This document shows, in pieces, positions 9,643-17,669 of a stretch of 22,443 nucleotides of DNA (position 1 is its first letter; each line of letters starts with the position of its first letter). Origin of the DNA: Candidatus Bathyarchaeota archaeon (GTDB taxonomy: Archaea; Thermoproteota; Bathyarchaeia; 40CM-2-53-6); NCBI GenBank assembly GCA_963833125.1, contig CAWHWX010000027.1, positions 1 through 22,443 of the forward strand. The letters are read 5' to 3'. The notes under the pieces are model-generated. The model was given only the letters and a program-made list of their open reading frames with translations, did no database searches and was not told the DNA's origin. The position numbers and the translations under genes were made by a program.

Positions 9643-10815
9643 ATGTTCAGGGAACTCAGTGACCTGCGACACATCAGAAACTTCAACAGAGTAATCCTGC
9701 CCATCTCACTAGCGTTCTTCATCTACACGTTCGGCTGGGGAGTCACGTCCCCCGTCTTCTCCATCTATGTCAACAACGTGACCAAGAATGCATTCCTGAC
9801 GGGGCTTGTGCTTTCAATCACAACCATGGCCGGCATCTTCCTCAACATTCCTTTCAGTATACTCGAAAACAAGATGAACATGAAGCGGGTGCTGCAAGTT
9901 GTACTGCTCTTCTACTCGGCCCTTGCGCTCCTCTACCCGCAAGCCAACGGATTCCTCCTGTTGCTATTGTTGAGCATAGCTAGAGGCATAGCGTCCTCAT
10001 TTCTCTGGCTAACCTCGTGGGCATACATATTCACCTACACCGATAAGGTTGTGAAAGGTAAGGAGACGGGCTTCTTTTCCGAGATGAACGATCTGGCCTC
10101 GGCGGTATCGCCAATTGTCGGCGGAGCCATGTCGATTCTCTCGTTCTTTCTGCCGTTTTATGTGCTGAGCTTGACCAGCTTCGTCGCTTTTGCGGTAGTG
10201 TCAATCCGCCTGAAGAAAAGTCCCAAACCCCAGAAGACATCGCTCAAGCTTCAATTGTCCAAGCTAGTCGGGTACTTTCGCGATAAGAGATTTGTGAAGA
10301 CTGTGGGCTTGATAGTCGTGTTCTATGCGCTGATCAACATCTACTACTCCTTCCTGTCGATTTTCCTCAACGATGAAGGAATATCCATCCCTCTGATAGG
10401 CGTAATTCTCACAGTGGCTTTGCTGCCCGCCGTCGGCCTGGAAGTTCCGATGGGAAATCTAGTGGACAAACATGGAATACGGAAGGTGTTGTCGGTAGCA
10501 GCTATGCTTACCACTCTGACCGCGCTGATGATACCGCTGTCAAGAAACCTGTACTACACTGCCCTCGCTGTGACGGCTTTCACTGTTAGCTATACAATCA
10601 TCTTCATAGCGCTCTATTCCAGGATGTCGGATATCATGAACAAAGACAGAATAACAATGACGGGAGCAATCGCATCATTCAAGGATTTGGGTTACACAAT
10701 CGGCCCGCTTGTCGCTGGCACTCTGATAAGTTCGGTTGGCATCAGCAACACGTTCCTTATTGCAGGAGGAGCTTTCCTCTTTCTGTTGCCTGTTGCAACG
10801 ATACTACACGATTAA
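9643..10815 (+). CDS. MFS transporter
   Basis: 390 aa, about 12 TM helices, motif GNLVDKHGIRK, DLGYTIGPLVAG. Confidence 0.9.
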   Translation: MFRELSDLRHIRNFNRVILPISLAFFIYTFGWGVTSPVFSIYVNNVTKNAFLTGLVLSITTMAGIFLNIPFSILENKMNMKRVLQVVLLFYSALALLYPQANGFLLLLLLSIARGIASSFLWLTSWAYIFTYTDKVVKGKETGFFSEMNDLASAVSPIVGGAMSILSFFLPFYVLSLTSFVAFAVVSIRLKKSPKPQKTSLKLQLSKLVGYFRDKRFVKTVGLIVVFYALINIYYSFLSIFLNDEGISIPLIGVILTVALLPAVGLEVPMGNLVDKHGIRKVLSVAAMLTTLTALMIPLSRNLYYTALAVTAFTVSYTIIFIALYSRMSDIMNKDRITMTGAIASFKDLGYTIGPLVAGTLISSVGISNTFLIAGGAFLFLLPVATILHD

Positions 10816-11130
10816 GCGAGCCAATAGGTGGCTACGATATGGCTAGGAATCCTGACAGAGATACTTATTTCGTTAAGCATTAACGTAGGCGAGACCCAGT
10901 TAATAACAAGTTGGAGATTTGTCATACCCCATCGGGGACAACCTAGGAAAGGACACCGACATTCATTGAAGTTCGCCGCTGATGAAAAGCTTCGTTTTCT
11001 CGTCACTTGGTCTCGGTGACGTATGAGGATCGGTAAGGACTTCTTGAACACAACAAGAAGGAGCCGGCGTGTGGTTAACTTCGCCGGACCGTAAGCAGCG
11101 CCTCAGAAGCGGGTCGCGTTGAGGATATGG

Positions 11131-11328
11131 CTAGAGACCGGCAAAGGGCGGATCGTCTCTAATCGTCTTAGCCCAAGCAGTTACTGCAATGGGAATCCTA
11201 CAAGACTTGCTATGGTATTCGTGGGTTTCAGGATTCCGTGTGCTGAATCCGCAGTTTGTACATTCGAGATCTGATTCTGCGGGGAGTGGCTGGTTGGGTC
11301 TTTCTAGCTGTGTTTGAAGTGTTTCCAT
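11131..11328 (-). CDS. Small putative zinc-finger protein
   Basis: CTNC-x12-H-x3-C spacing; AT-rich TATA-like box (GTTAATAT on -) about 35-40 nt upstream. Confidence 0.55.
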   Translation of the reverse strand: METLQTQLERPNQPLPAESDLECTNCGFSTRNPETHEYHSKSCRIPIAVTAWAKTIRDDPPFAGL

Positions 11329-11425
11329 TGACCATCATCGTCGAGGATACTTCTGCGTGGGATATTAACGTACCGTAAGCGGTACATTGATGTATCTATG
11401 CCCTAGGCCATATGTTATCTCCTCC

Positions 11426-11508
11426 TAATTTAGGGACTCTCGACTTACGTTCTATCATCCACCAAAAGTGGAGACAAGCCCACGAAACAAACAATACTTA
11501 CAGCTGCC
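11426..11508. repeat. Dispersed intergenic repeat, copy A
   Basis: 70/83 identical by manual alignment to 19881-19962; contains TAATTTAGGGA, TCCAC-N5-GTGGA and ACAATACTT. Confidence 0.9.
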
Positions 11509-11522
11509 ACGACTAGGTCTCT

Positions 11523-12038
11523 TTACTTCCGAGAGATGATTCCCTTCTCGTGCAGGTACATCCGATCCCCTGCGATCACCAATACGCCAAAGACCGTTGT
11601 GGCCGTAGCGAGGCTTACCGTTCCGATTACGATATTGAGGTTGGCTTTGATCACAGCGCCACCCAAGTACAACTCGATCAGAAGCAGAAGTAGCGCGAGC
11701 AGTAATGCGAGTGCCGCTGCGGTCGGTCGCGGTTTCAAAATCCAAACGGCAAGGTTACTCACTATGAGAAGCGCTGTCGCGCAGATGCTGAGGAATCTAT
11801 GCATGTACTCTACCTGCGCAGGCCAGTTGGCTGGAAAATTGAGACTACCATTGCAGAATGGCCAGTCGTTACCGCTGAGCGAAGTACCGCCAATGCCGCA
11901 CGCGGCGCCAAAGCCGCTTCCTGAAAGATAGGCTCCAGAGATGAAAACCGCAAATATCGAAACGATGGTAACGTAAACTAGGTATTTTGTTTTCTTAGGC
12001 TGCGGTCTGGGACGCTCTACAAGAGCCCGAGGTTCCAG
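11523..12038 (-). CDS. Short (4-TM) heme A synthase CtaA/COX15-like protein
   Basis: The frame of ORF 11523..11804 stays open upstream to CTG 12038 and encodes GFGAACG...DWPFCNG...VEYMHRF, the CtaA signature; start codon inferred. Confidence 0.85.
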   Translation of the reverse strand: MEPRALVERPRPQPKKTKYLVYVTIVSIFAVFISGAYLSGSGFGAACGIGGTSLSGNDWPFCNGSLNFPANWPAQVEYMHRFLSICATALLIVSNLAVWILKPRPTAAALALLLALLLLLIELYLGGAVIKANLNIVIGTVSLATATTVFGVLVIAGDRMYLHEKGIISRK

Positions 12039-12156
12039 ACCTATCGGTTGCTATTGCGAAGAAACTATTGAATGCAAGGCTTGCGTTTTCGGAGCACCAT
12101 TTCCGATCACGTGCCAATCTTGCCCATAATTCTAAGCGCTCGGCTCTTGCTGTTTA

Positions 12157-12705
12157 TCAGCCGAGCGGACGCATGTACGCGTCGACTCCCATGAAGCGTC
12201 CAGCTCGAGTCAACCATACGACTACCGGAAGGATGAGGAGGTTAAGTAGATTGAAAGAAAGTTCTCCTGGAACGGGATAAGATCCGAATACTACCGTCGC
12301 TGCCCAAATTGTTGCGAGCAGTCCTGTTATGCCCGTGAAGAAGCCAGCGGCCAATGTAACCGATAAAGTGAGCTCTACGATGAACTGAAACCAGCCAAAC
12401 CCGTTGATGTTCGGAATTACCATATTATGCAGGAAATCCCTGTACTGAGGAAACTGAGTGTATGTAGCTTCGAGGTTCAGATAACCCGGAAGCCACCCCC
12501 AACCATTCCACGGGGTCTTTCCAGTCCACCCCCAATACCACGTATACGCTGCGACCAGGCGCACCAGAAACAACGCCAATCCTGTTCCTGGCCGAAGCAC
12601 TTGTTTTCTTCCGAGAAGTCCTCGTATACCACGAGCTACACTTTCGTCTTGACTCTGACCCATAGATGCTGACCCTTCTGCGCCATTGACTTCTGGTATT
12701 TGCAA
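12157..12705 (-). CDS. DoxX / TQO small subunit DoxD-like membrane protein
   Basis: LFLVRLVAAYTWYWGWTGK...VELTLSVTLAAGFFT...AGRFMGVD; true start may be at MGQSQ. Confidence 0.8.
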   Translation of the reverse strand: MQIPEVNGAEGSASMGQSQDESVARGIRGLLGRKQVLRPGTGLALFLVRLVAAYTWYWGWTGKTPWNGWGWLPGYLNLEATYTQFPQYRDFLHNMVIPNINGFGWFQFIVELTLSVTLAAGFFTGITGLLATIWAATVVFGSYPVPGELSFNLLNLLILPVVVWLTRAGRFMGVDAYMRPLG

Positions 12706-12763
12706 TTATGCCCAATTTAAGCCAAGAAGTTTCCATTTGGTTGAGGCAGCGTAAGGACATGGG

Positions 12764-13288
12764 TCAGTGGAGGTTGAGATTCTGTTCCGACGCGACGCTC
12801 TGAGGTCTGGGTCTTATCCTGCATACTCCCGATTTGTTAAGCTTGTATGCTGCCACCACAAGAATTAACATAGCACCTAGCTTGATTGGGATCTGCAACG
12901 CGTTAAGCATGATCCCCACGGCTAGTAGCGCTCCTCCGATACCGCCAGCAACCGCCAATAATGGAACCAGGTAACAGGGACATGCTCCCGCAAGGACGGC
13001 TGCAATGGTTCCCAAACCCAAAACTCCCGTTTTGGAAGCGCTTCCACTTTGCCTTTGAAGAGAGATTTGCCTTATTGAAACTGTAAGCATGATTGCCGTC
13101 AAGAACGTCAATAGCAAATCAAGGAGAAGGTTAGCGTATGCCGATGCTGGGAGATAGAATGTGAAGTAAGGCGCGAAGAAGAGGAATGAGTCAAAGGAGA
13201 GGAGCGTGATTCCGTAGCCAACCATGATTACTACGCTTAACAGAACGTATTTTGCATCTTTGAATGTATCTAGGATGGGGGAACTCAT
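12764..13288 (-). CDS. 4-TM membrane protein with GACPCY motif
   Basis: Hydrophobic 174 aa ORF starting 3 nt after the dsbA-like stop; CxC in TM3 plus a C-terminal Cys. Confidence 0.8.
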   Translation of the reverse strand: MSSPILDTFKDAKYVLLSVVIMVGYGITLLSFDSFLFFAPYFTFYLPASAYANLLLDLLLTFLTAIMLTVSIRQISLQRQSGSASKTGVLGLGTIAAVLAGACPCYLVPLLAVAGGIGGALLAVGIMLNALQIPIKLGAMLILVVAAYKLNKSGVCRIRPRPQSVASEQNLNLH

Positions 13289-13291
13289 TTT

Positions 13292-14047
13292 TTATCCACT
13301 GGTGAGCGAGGCGACCGCCTGTTCGAATACTGATTCTGGTTGGCCGCCTGCGATAGTTATCATCTTGCCGTTTGGTCCGATGAGGAAGAATGTGGGTGTT
13401 TCAGTCACACCAGCTTGAACTCCTAAGCTGTGGTTGGCGTTGATGAGTGCGTCGTATTTTCCGCTGTTGAATGCTTGGTCGAACTCTGTCATGTTCAATC
13501 CCAATTGTTGCGCGAACATGTCCAAGTTTTGTCGGCTAGCCCAACCGCTGTTTGGAGTCTGCTGACTCTGGAAGAGGAGATCATGGAACTGCCAGAACTT
13601 TCCCTGTTCCCCGGCAGCGTACGCTGCCTCCGACGCGGAAACTGAGTCGGGCCCATAGAAATCGAAATCTCGCCACACCAGCTTAACCTTCCCGGTATTA
13701 ACTAGATTCTGTATCAGCATTGCTTCTTGTGATTTGTACCACGCGTCGCAGGTTGGGCATTGGTAGTCGCCGAACTCCACTATTGTTACCGAGGCGTTGA
13801 GTGAACCTAATGTCGGTGGAGAACCGGCGAGTAGGCTGGACGCCAAATCAGACGAGCTTGATACGCCGGACATTGAAGTGTCGAACATACTTGAGGACGA
13901 AGCTGGGAGGACTGTACTGGTTGATGCTGTCGACGAGGGCGTGATAAGGCGCCATCCTACTCCTCCAAGAACAATGATCACTGCTAGAAGGATTGCCAAG
14001 CCGGCAACAATTCTACTAGAGCGCCGGGTACTTGTCCGAGCTTTCAA
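13292..14047 (-). CDS. Membrane-anchored DsbA-like (Thioredoxin_4) protein
   Basis: TM anchor, Ser/Thr linker, VTIVEFGDYQCPTC, EQGKFWQFHDLLF, GVTETPTFF. Confidence 0.92.
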   Translation of the reverse strand: MKARTSTRRSSRIVAGLAILLAVIIVLGGVGWRLITPSSTASTSTVLPASSSSMFDTSMSGVSSSSDLASSLLAGSPPTLGSLNASVTIVEFGDYQCPTCDAWYKSQEAMLIQNLVNTGKVKLVWRDFDFYGPDSVSASEAAYAAGEQGKFWQFHDLLFQSQQTPNSGWASRQNLDMFAQQLGLNMTEFDQAFNSGKYDALINANHSLGVQAGVTETPTFFLIGPNGKMITIAGGQPESVFEQAVASLTSG

Positions 14048-14152
14048 TTCAGCTCGCTATTTCCGCCCTTGATCCGGTGTAGGCCCATAACCATTCCCTT
14101 TAACCATTGCACAGCTTAACAGCCGCAGAAGACCAGCCGCCGCGTTGTTACC

Positions 14153-14202
14153 TAATAATCTTTGACCAGATTCTCTTCCAGAACATCACCATCCATACTC
14201 CA
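14153..14202 (-). promoter_or_regulatory. TATA-like box with upstream CCA repeats at 11-12 bp period (dsbA cluster promoter)
   Basis: + strand TAATAA-N7-CCAGA..; CCA units at 14166, 14178, 14189, 14200; same geometry as 18275-18319. Confidence 0.45.
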
Positions 14203-14333
14203 TTGTTGGATGAAGACTTCGGAATTCGGGAATGTCATATCCGCCGGTTCAAAATAAGTTAAAAGCATCTTACCGAGACAAACATATCACCCAACAACGA
14301 TTATCCTAGGTTTACTGAAAGAGGAAACGAAAA

Positions 14334-14689
14334 ATGAAAGTATTGTTCGTCATCAACGATGCACCCTACGGGTCGGAAAAGGCATACAATGCTTTGAGGC
14401 TCGCCATGGCGATGCAAGCAGGAAATTCTGAAGTCGAGATTCGAATCTTCTTGATGGCGGACAGCGGTAACCTGCCGCGCTGCCTAACCAGTCGACTCCG
14501 CAGGGCTACTATAACGTAGAGCGAATGCTGAAGGCGGTCATCAACAAGGGTGGGCAGGTCAAGGCTTGCGGAACCTGTTCGGAAGCTCGCGGCATCGAAG
14601 GACTCAGTCTGATAGAGGGAGTTGAAATCAGTACGATGAACCAGCTGAAAGACTGGGTCTTCGAGTCAGACAAGGTTCTAACGTTCTAA
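14334..14689 (+). pseudogene. ychN: YchN/DsrE family sulfur-relay protein, frameshifted
   Basis: MKVLFVINDAPYGSEKAYNALRLA...FLMAD; removing extra bases at about 14463 and 14476 gives AVTCALPNQSTPQGYYNVERML...KACGTCSEARGI...DKVLTF*, 117 aa. Confidence 0.88.
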
Positions 14690-14819
14690 GACGACCGTCA
14701 GTCTTGCATTCCTTGGGTTCCTGAGTCCTCTCTTGGCTGCAGGAATACATGTTGTCTCGGAGCTAATCTTCATTCTAAATTCTGCCAGGCTGATCAGATG
14801 AGAGCAATAGTTCCACGAA

Positions 14820-14846
14820 TCGTGGGTTCAAATCCCACCGGCCCCA
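14820..14846 (+). other. Orphan tRNA 3' fragment (T arm + acceptor strand); att-like scar
   Basis: GTGGG-TTCAAAT-CCCAC-CGGCCCC-A: perfect T stem-loop and 7-nt acceptor strand; no matching GGGGCCG 5' half upstream. Confidence 0.8.
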
Positions 14847-14904
14847 CGAATTCAGTTATATGTAGTAGGGCTGAAACCCTAACCCCGGCCCCAATCCGTT
14901 CATA

Positions 14905-14947
14905 CGGGCGTTTTGGGGCTCCGAACCTTTTGTTCGGGGCCCGCCCG
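14905..14947. other. GC-rich hairpin
   Basis: GGGCTCCGAAC-CTTTT-GTTCGGGGCCC (11 bp, one G-U) enclosed by CGGGC/GCCCG. Confidence 0.6.
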
Positions 14948-14987
14948 AGGCTCCAACACGCATTGTACCGAATCATGGACAATGTTC

Positions 14988-15083
14988 GATCATCCACTAA
15001 CAGGGGGGAATTCATGGCTGCTAAACCATCTTATCCGTACATACCCAAAGAACCGAACGAAAATACAACACCACAATACTTTA
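14988..15083. repeat. Dispersed intergenic repeat, copy X
   Basis: 65/96 ungapped identity by manual alignment to 19301-19396; ATCATCCAC...AAAGAACnnAACGAAAA...ACAATACTTTA. Confidence 0.8.
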
Positions 15084-15323
15084 CCCCGACAGAACTGTAG
15101 GAGTAAAACGTGATTCCTGGGCGAAAATCAGTCGATTTCTACGGTAACCTGAACTCGGGTCTAAGTTTCGTGCGTCGCTTTCCGTCTGATTACGTCTGAT
15201 TACGCCGTATGCGAGTACCGTGAGGATTGCTAGTAGTGGTAGGCCGAGTGGATTTTCGGAAATTGGTGGAGCGGTTGCCGCTTGAACTGCGTCTCTAAAC
15301 ATGAGCCAAGATAGGGCGATGAT
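15081..15323 (-). pseudogene. C-terminal remnant of a membrane/surface protein with a PEF-like sorting tail
   Basis: ...IIALSWLMFRDAVQAATAPPISENPLGLPLLAILTVLAYGVIRR: linker, short TM, basic residues; no N-terminal domain in frame. Confidence 0.4.
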
Positions 15324-15338
15324 TCAAGCGGCTTTTCC

Positions 15339-15794
15339 AAGTGTGTGTGCGCGCACCAGATAGATGAAACTCTATGACTCCCCAAACTGATGCCAACCTT
15401 ACCAAGAGTCCCAAAATGAAGGCGACTGCTCCAAGAATCTCAAGGAGGATGAAAAAGTAGGTTAAGGGAATGGCCATGCTTGACCCAAATAGGTTTCGAA
15501 CAAGTCCGTTCGGTTGCCCAGCAGCCAACGCAGTTAACTTTGTGATATCGGAATTTATCCAGATTGCAGCTACAACCAGTCTCAGCGCAACAAAGCCGTA
15601 CCCGCCCCGAGACGTAGGCTCAGCAAAAAGAAATGAACGCAACCCTGAGGTCAAATCAAAATACCCTCTTATCCCTACACCATCAGGGCCCATTGAAATG
15701 CCTATTGCTGATGACCCTAACTTTCCTGAAATCTGAGGTCGTCGATTTGAATCATCGTCGTGGTTCGTCGTTCCATAAGTGTGTGTGCGCACCA
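15339..15794. repeat. Direct repeat pair AAGTGTGTGTGCGC(GC)ACCA
   Basis: Copies at 15339-15358 and 15777-15794, both preceded by TTCC. Confidence 0.8.
15360..15654 (-). pseudogene. Truncated DoxX family gene
   Basis: GFVALRLVVAAIWINSDITKL...LLEILGAVAFILGLLVRLAS; DoxX-like sequence stops at the 15339-15358 repeat; probable TTG start at 15654. Confidence 0.7.
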
Positions 15795-15921
15795 TTAGAC
15801 CCACACACAAATTAATTTGAAATCGCGTGCCACAATATTCATTGGGCGTTCCTCATCTTGCGTTTGCGCAAGCGATCATGATCGGCTGCATTAGTACTAA
15901 AAGATTAACTAGAACAGAATC

Positions 15922-15993
15922 ATGCATGGGGAGTGGCGGGTGAGTGGTGCTCCCACCCGTTCCGCCCTGAGAAACCCCGGAGTAGGGAGCCAT
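15922..15993 (+). ncRNA. Candidate structured 5' leader of queE
   Basis: GGGG(15928-31)/CCCC(15975-78), GCGGGTG/CACCCGT stem, CTGAGA, GTAGGGA; GCTCCC complementary to GGGAGC next to TTG 15993; AT-rich promoter-like box at about 15898-15908. Confidence 0.4.
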
Positions 15994-16799
15994 TGGCAAA
16001 AATCGATTCAAACATTCAATTGAAGAGAACAGAAGTTTCTGAAACGATTGAGCTCATCGAAGAGCCCTACCTGTCTATTCAAGGTGAAGGTAAGTATTTA
16101 GGAGAACCCACGGTTTTCGTTAGAACCGCTCTATGTCCTGTTGGCTGCCATTGGTGCGATAGCAGGTATACTTGGAGTCGAGGTCAAATTTGGGAATTCG
16201 ATAAGCTCAGGGAGAAAGTGGAATCGTTCGATTGCCCCAACGTTTGGATTACCGGAGGAGAACCGCTGATACGAGCCAAGGAATTACGCGGTTCATTCAA
16301 TCCATGAAATCGACTTTTAGATGGTTCATCTGCACGTCGGGTTCTCTCTGGAACACTGACATTAAGGCCCTGATTTCTCACATAGATCATGTTTGCTTAG
16401 ACTACAAGCTCGAATCGGCTCAAGTAAATATTCCAACACGACAGGAATTCGTAGACTTCCTCCTAACTGAGCGACGCAACTCATCCGAGTTCAAGTGTGT
16501 CATCGAGAAGCCTGATGATTGGGATGAGGTTAGGAAGTTAGCGGATCTAACTTATCCTGACGTAGGCTTCACAATACAGCCAATGTATGAAGCATGGATA
16601 GATTCTGACAGCGGGTCGAGGTCATCCTGTCGGCTACGAGTTTCTTAGGCCAGAAGATAGACTGATGAGTCAATTCCCGACGACTACTTACGCAGAGTGG
16701 GCCTCAGATTTTCTGAGGGAACTCCACAACTACCCCCAAGCAAGATTTTTGCCACAATGGCATAAGATGATCTGGCCAGACAAGTCAAAGGAAGTTTAA
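15993..16799 (+). CDS. queE: 7-carboxy-7-deazaguanine synthase QueE (radical SAM), two frameshifts
   Basis: SIQGEG..GEPTVFVR, CPVGCHWCDS, ITGGEP; frame changes near 16290 and about 16600; last frame ends ARFLPQWHKMIWPDKSKEV* (TAA 16797-16799); start uncertain (TTG 15993 or 16020). Confidence 0.85.
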
Positions 16800-16823
16800 C
16801 TCGACGTGGTGGGAGAATGACTT

Positions 16824-17573
16824 ATGATGAATGATAGGAGGGGCGCTGTCTGCTGCATATCGGGCGGTGTAGATTCAGTTACCACAGCATACTACGTGAA
16901 AAAGAAACTCGGGCCTTCCAAGCTGATGTTTATTTTCTGCAACTACGGCCAGCGAACCTACGGTTATGAAGAATTTTGTATTAAGAACATCTCGAAACAT
17001 TTGAGAGTTCCTCTAAAACTAGTAGACCTTCGCTGGTTGGGCGACATAAGTACCTCACTCCTGACTCACCCTGGCAAACGTATCCCGGAAACAAAGGAGG
17101 TCGACATCTGGGATTTAGAGAAGGCAAAACAACGGATGTTGAAATGGTGGGACCCCTGCCGAAACGCAATTCTGTTGCTCGTTGGACTGGCGCACGCTGA
17201 ATCCTATTACATCTCGAAAGGTGAGAGATATGACGTGTACATAGGGATCAGGCGGGAGACACCGGTTGCGATGAAGGACAATACACCTCGGTTCGTGGAA
17301 GAAATGAATCGTTTAGCCGAGCAGGCTACGCATCATGGAGGCTACAGAATATTAGCTCCACTGATAACGTATGACAAGGACAAGGTGGTTAAGCTTGGGG
17401 AAGAGCTCAACGTGCCCTGGATTTACACCTACAGTTGTTACGCGGGGTATGGTTATAGAAAAGTTCACGGTAGAAAATTACCAGTTCACTGCGGCATCTG
17501 CTCCAATTGCAAGAGAAGAAGAATAGCCTTCAATGATAGCGGAGTGGACGATCCATCGATCTACGCAAAATAG
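16824..17573 (+). CDS. queC: 7-cyano-7-deazaguanine synthase QueC
   Basis: SGGVDS PP-loop, NYGQR, P.RNAILL, APL...DK, TYSCY...CGICSNCKRR zinc site; directly follows queE. Confidence 0.92.
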   Translation: MMNDRRGAVCCISGGVDSVTTAYYVKKKLGPSKLMFIFCNYGQRTYGYEEFCIKNISKHLRVPLKLVDLRWLGDISTSLLTHPGKRIPETKEVDIWDLEKAKQRMLKWWDPCRNAILLLVGLAHAESYYISKGERYDVYIGIRRETPVAMKDNTPRFVEEMNRLAEQATHHGGYRILAPLITYDKDKVVKLGEELNVPWIYTYSCYAGYGYRKVHGRKLPVHCGICSNCKRRRIAFNDSGVDDPSIYAK

Positions 17574-17669
17574 ACTAAGCTTACTCGATGCTCGGCGCGC
17601 TGATGCAACTGGGTTTGGTAGGAATGAAAGAGGCTATCGTCGAATTCATCTCAACAGGCAATTTGTGGT

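Noticed and set aside
14334-16799. Programmed frameshifting or Sec/Pyl readthrough in ychN/queE
   Set aside because: The breaks are indels of mixed sign without slippery heptamers or in-frame TGA/TAG at conserved positions
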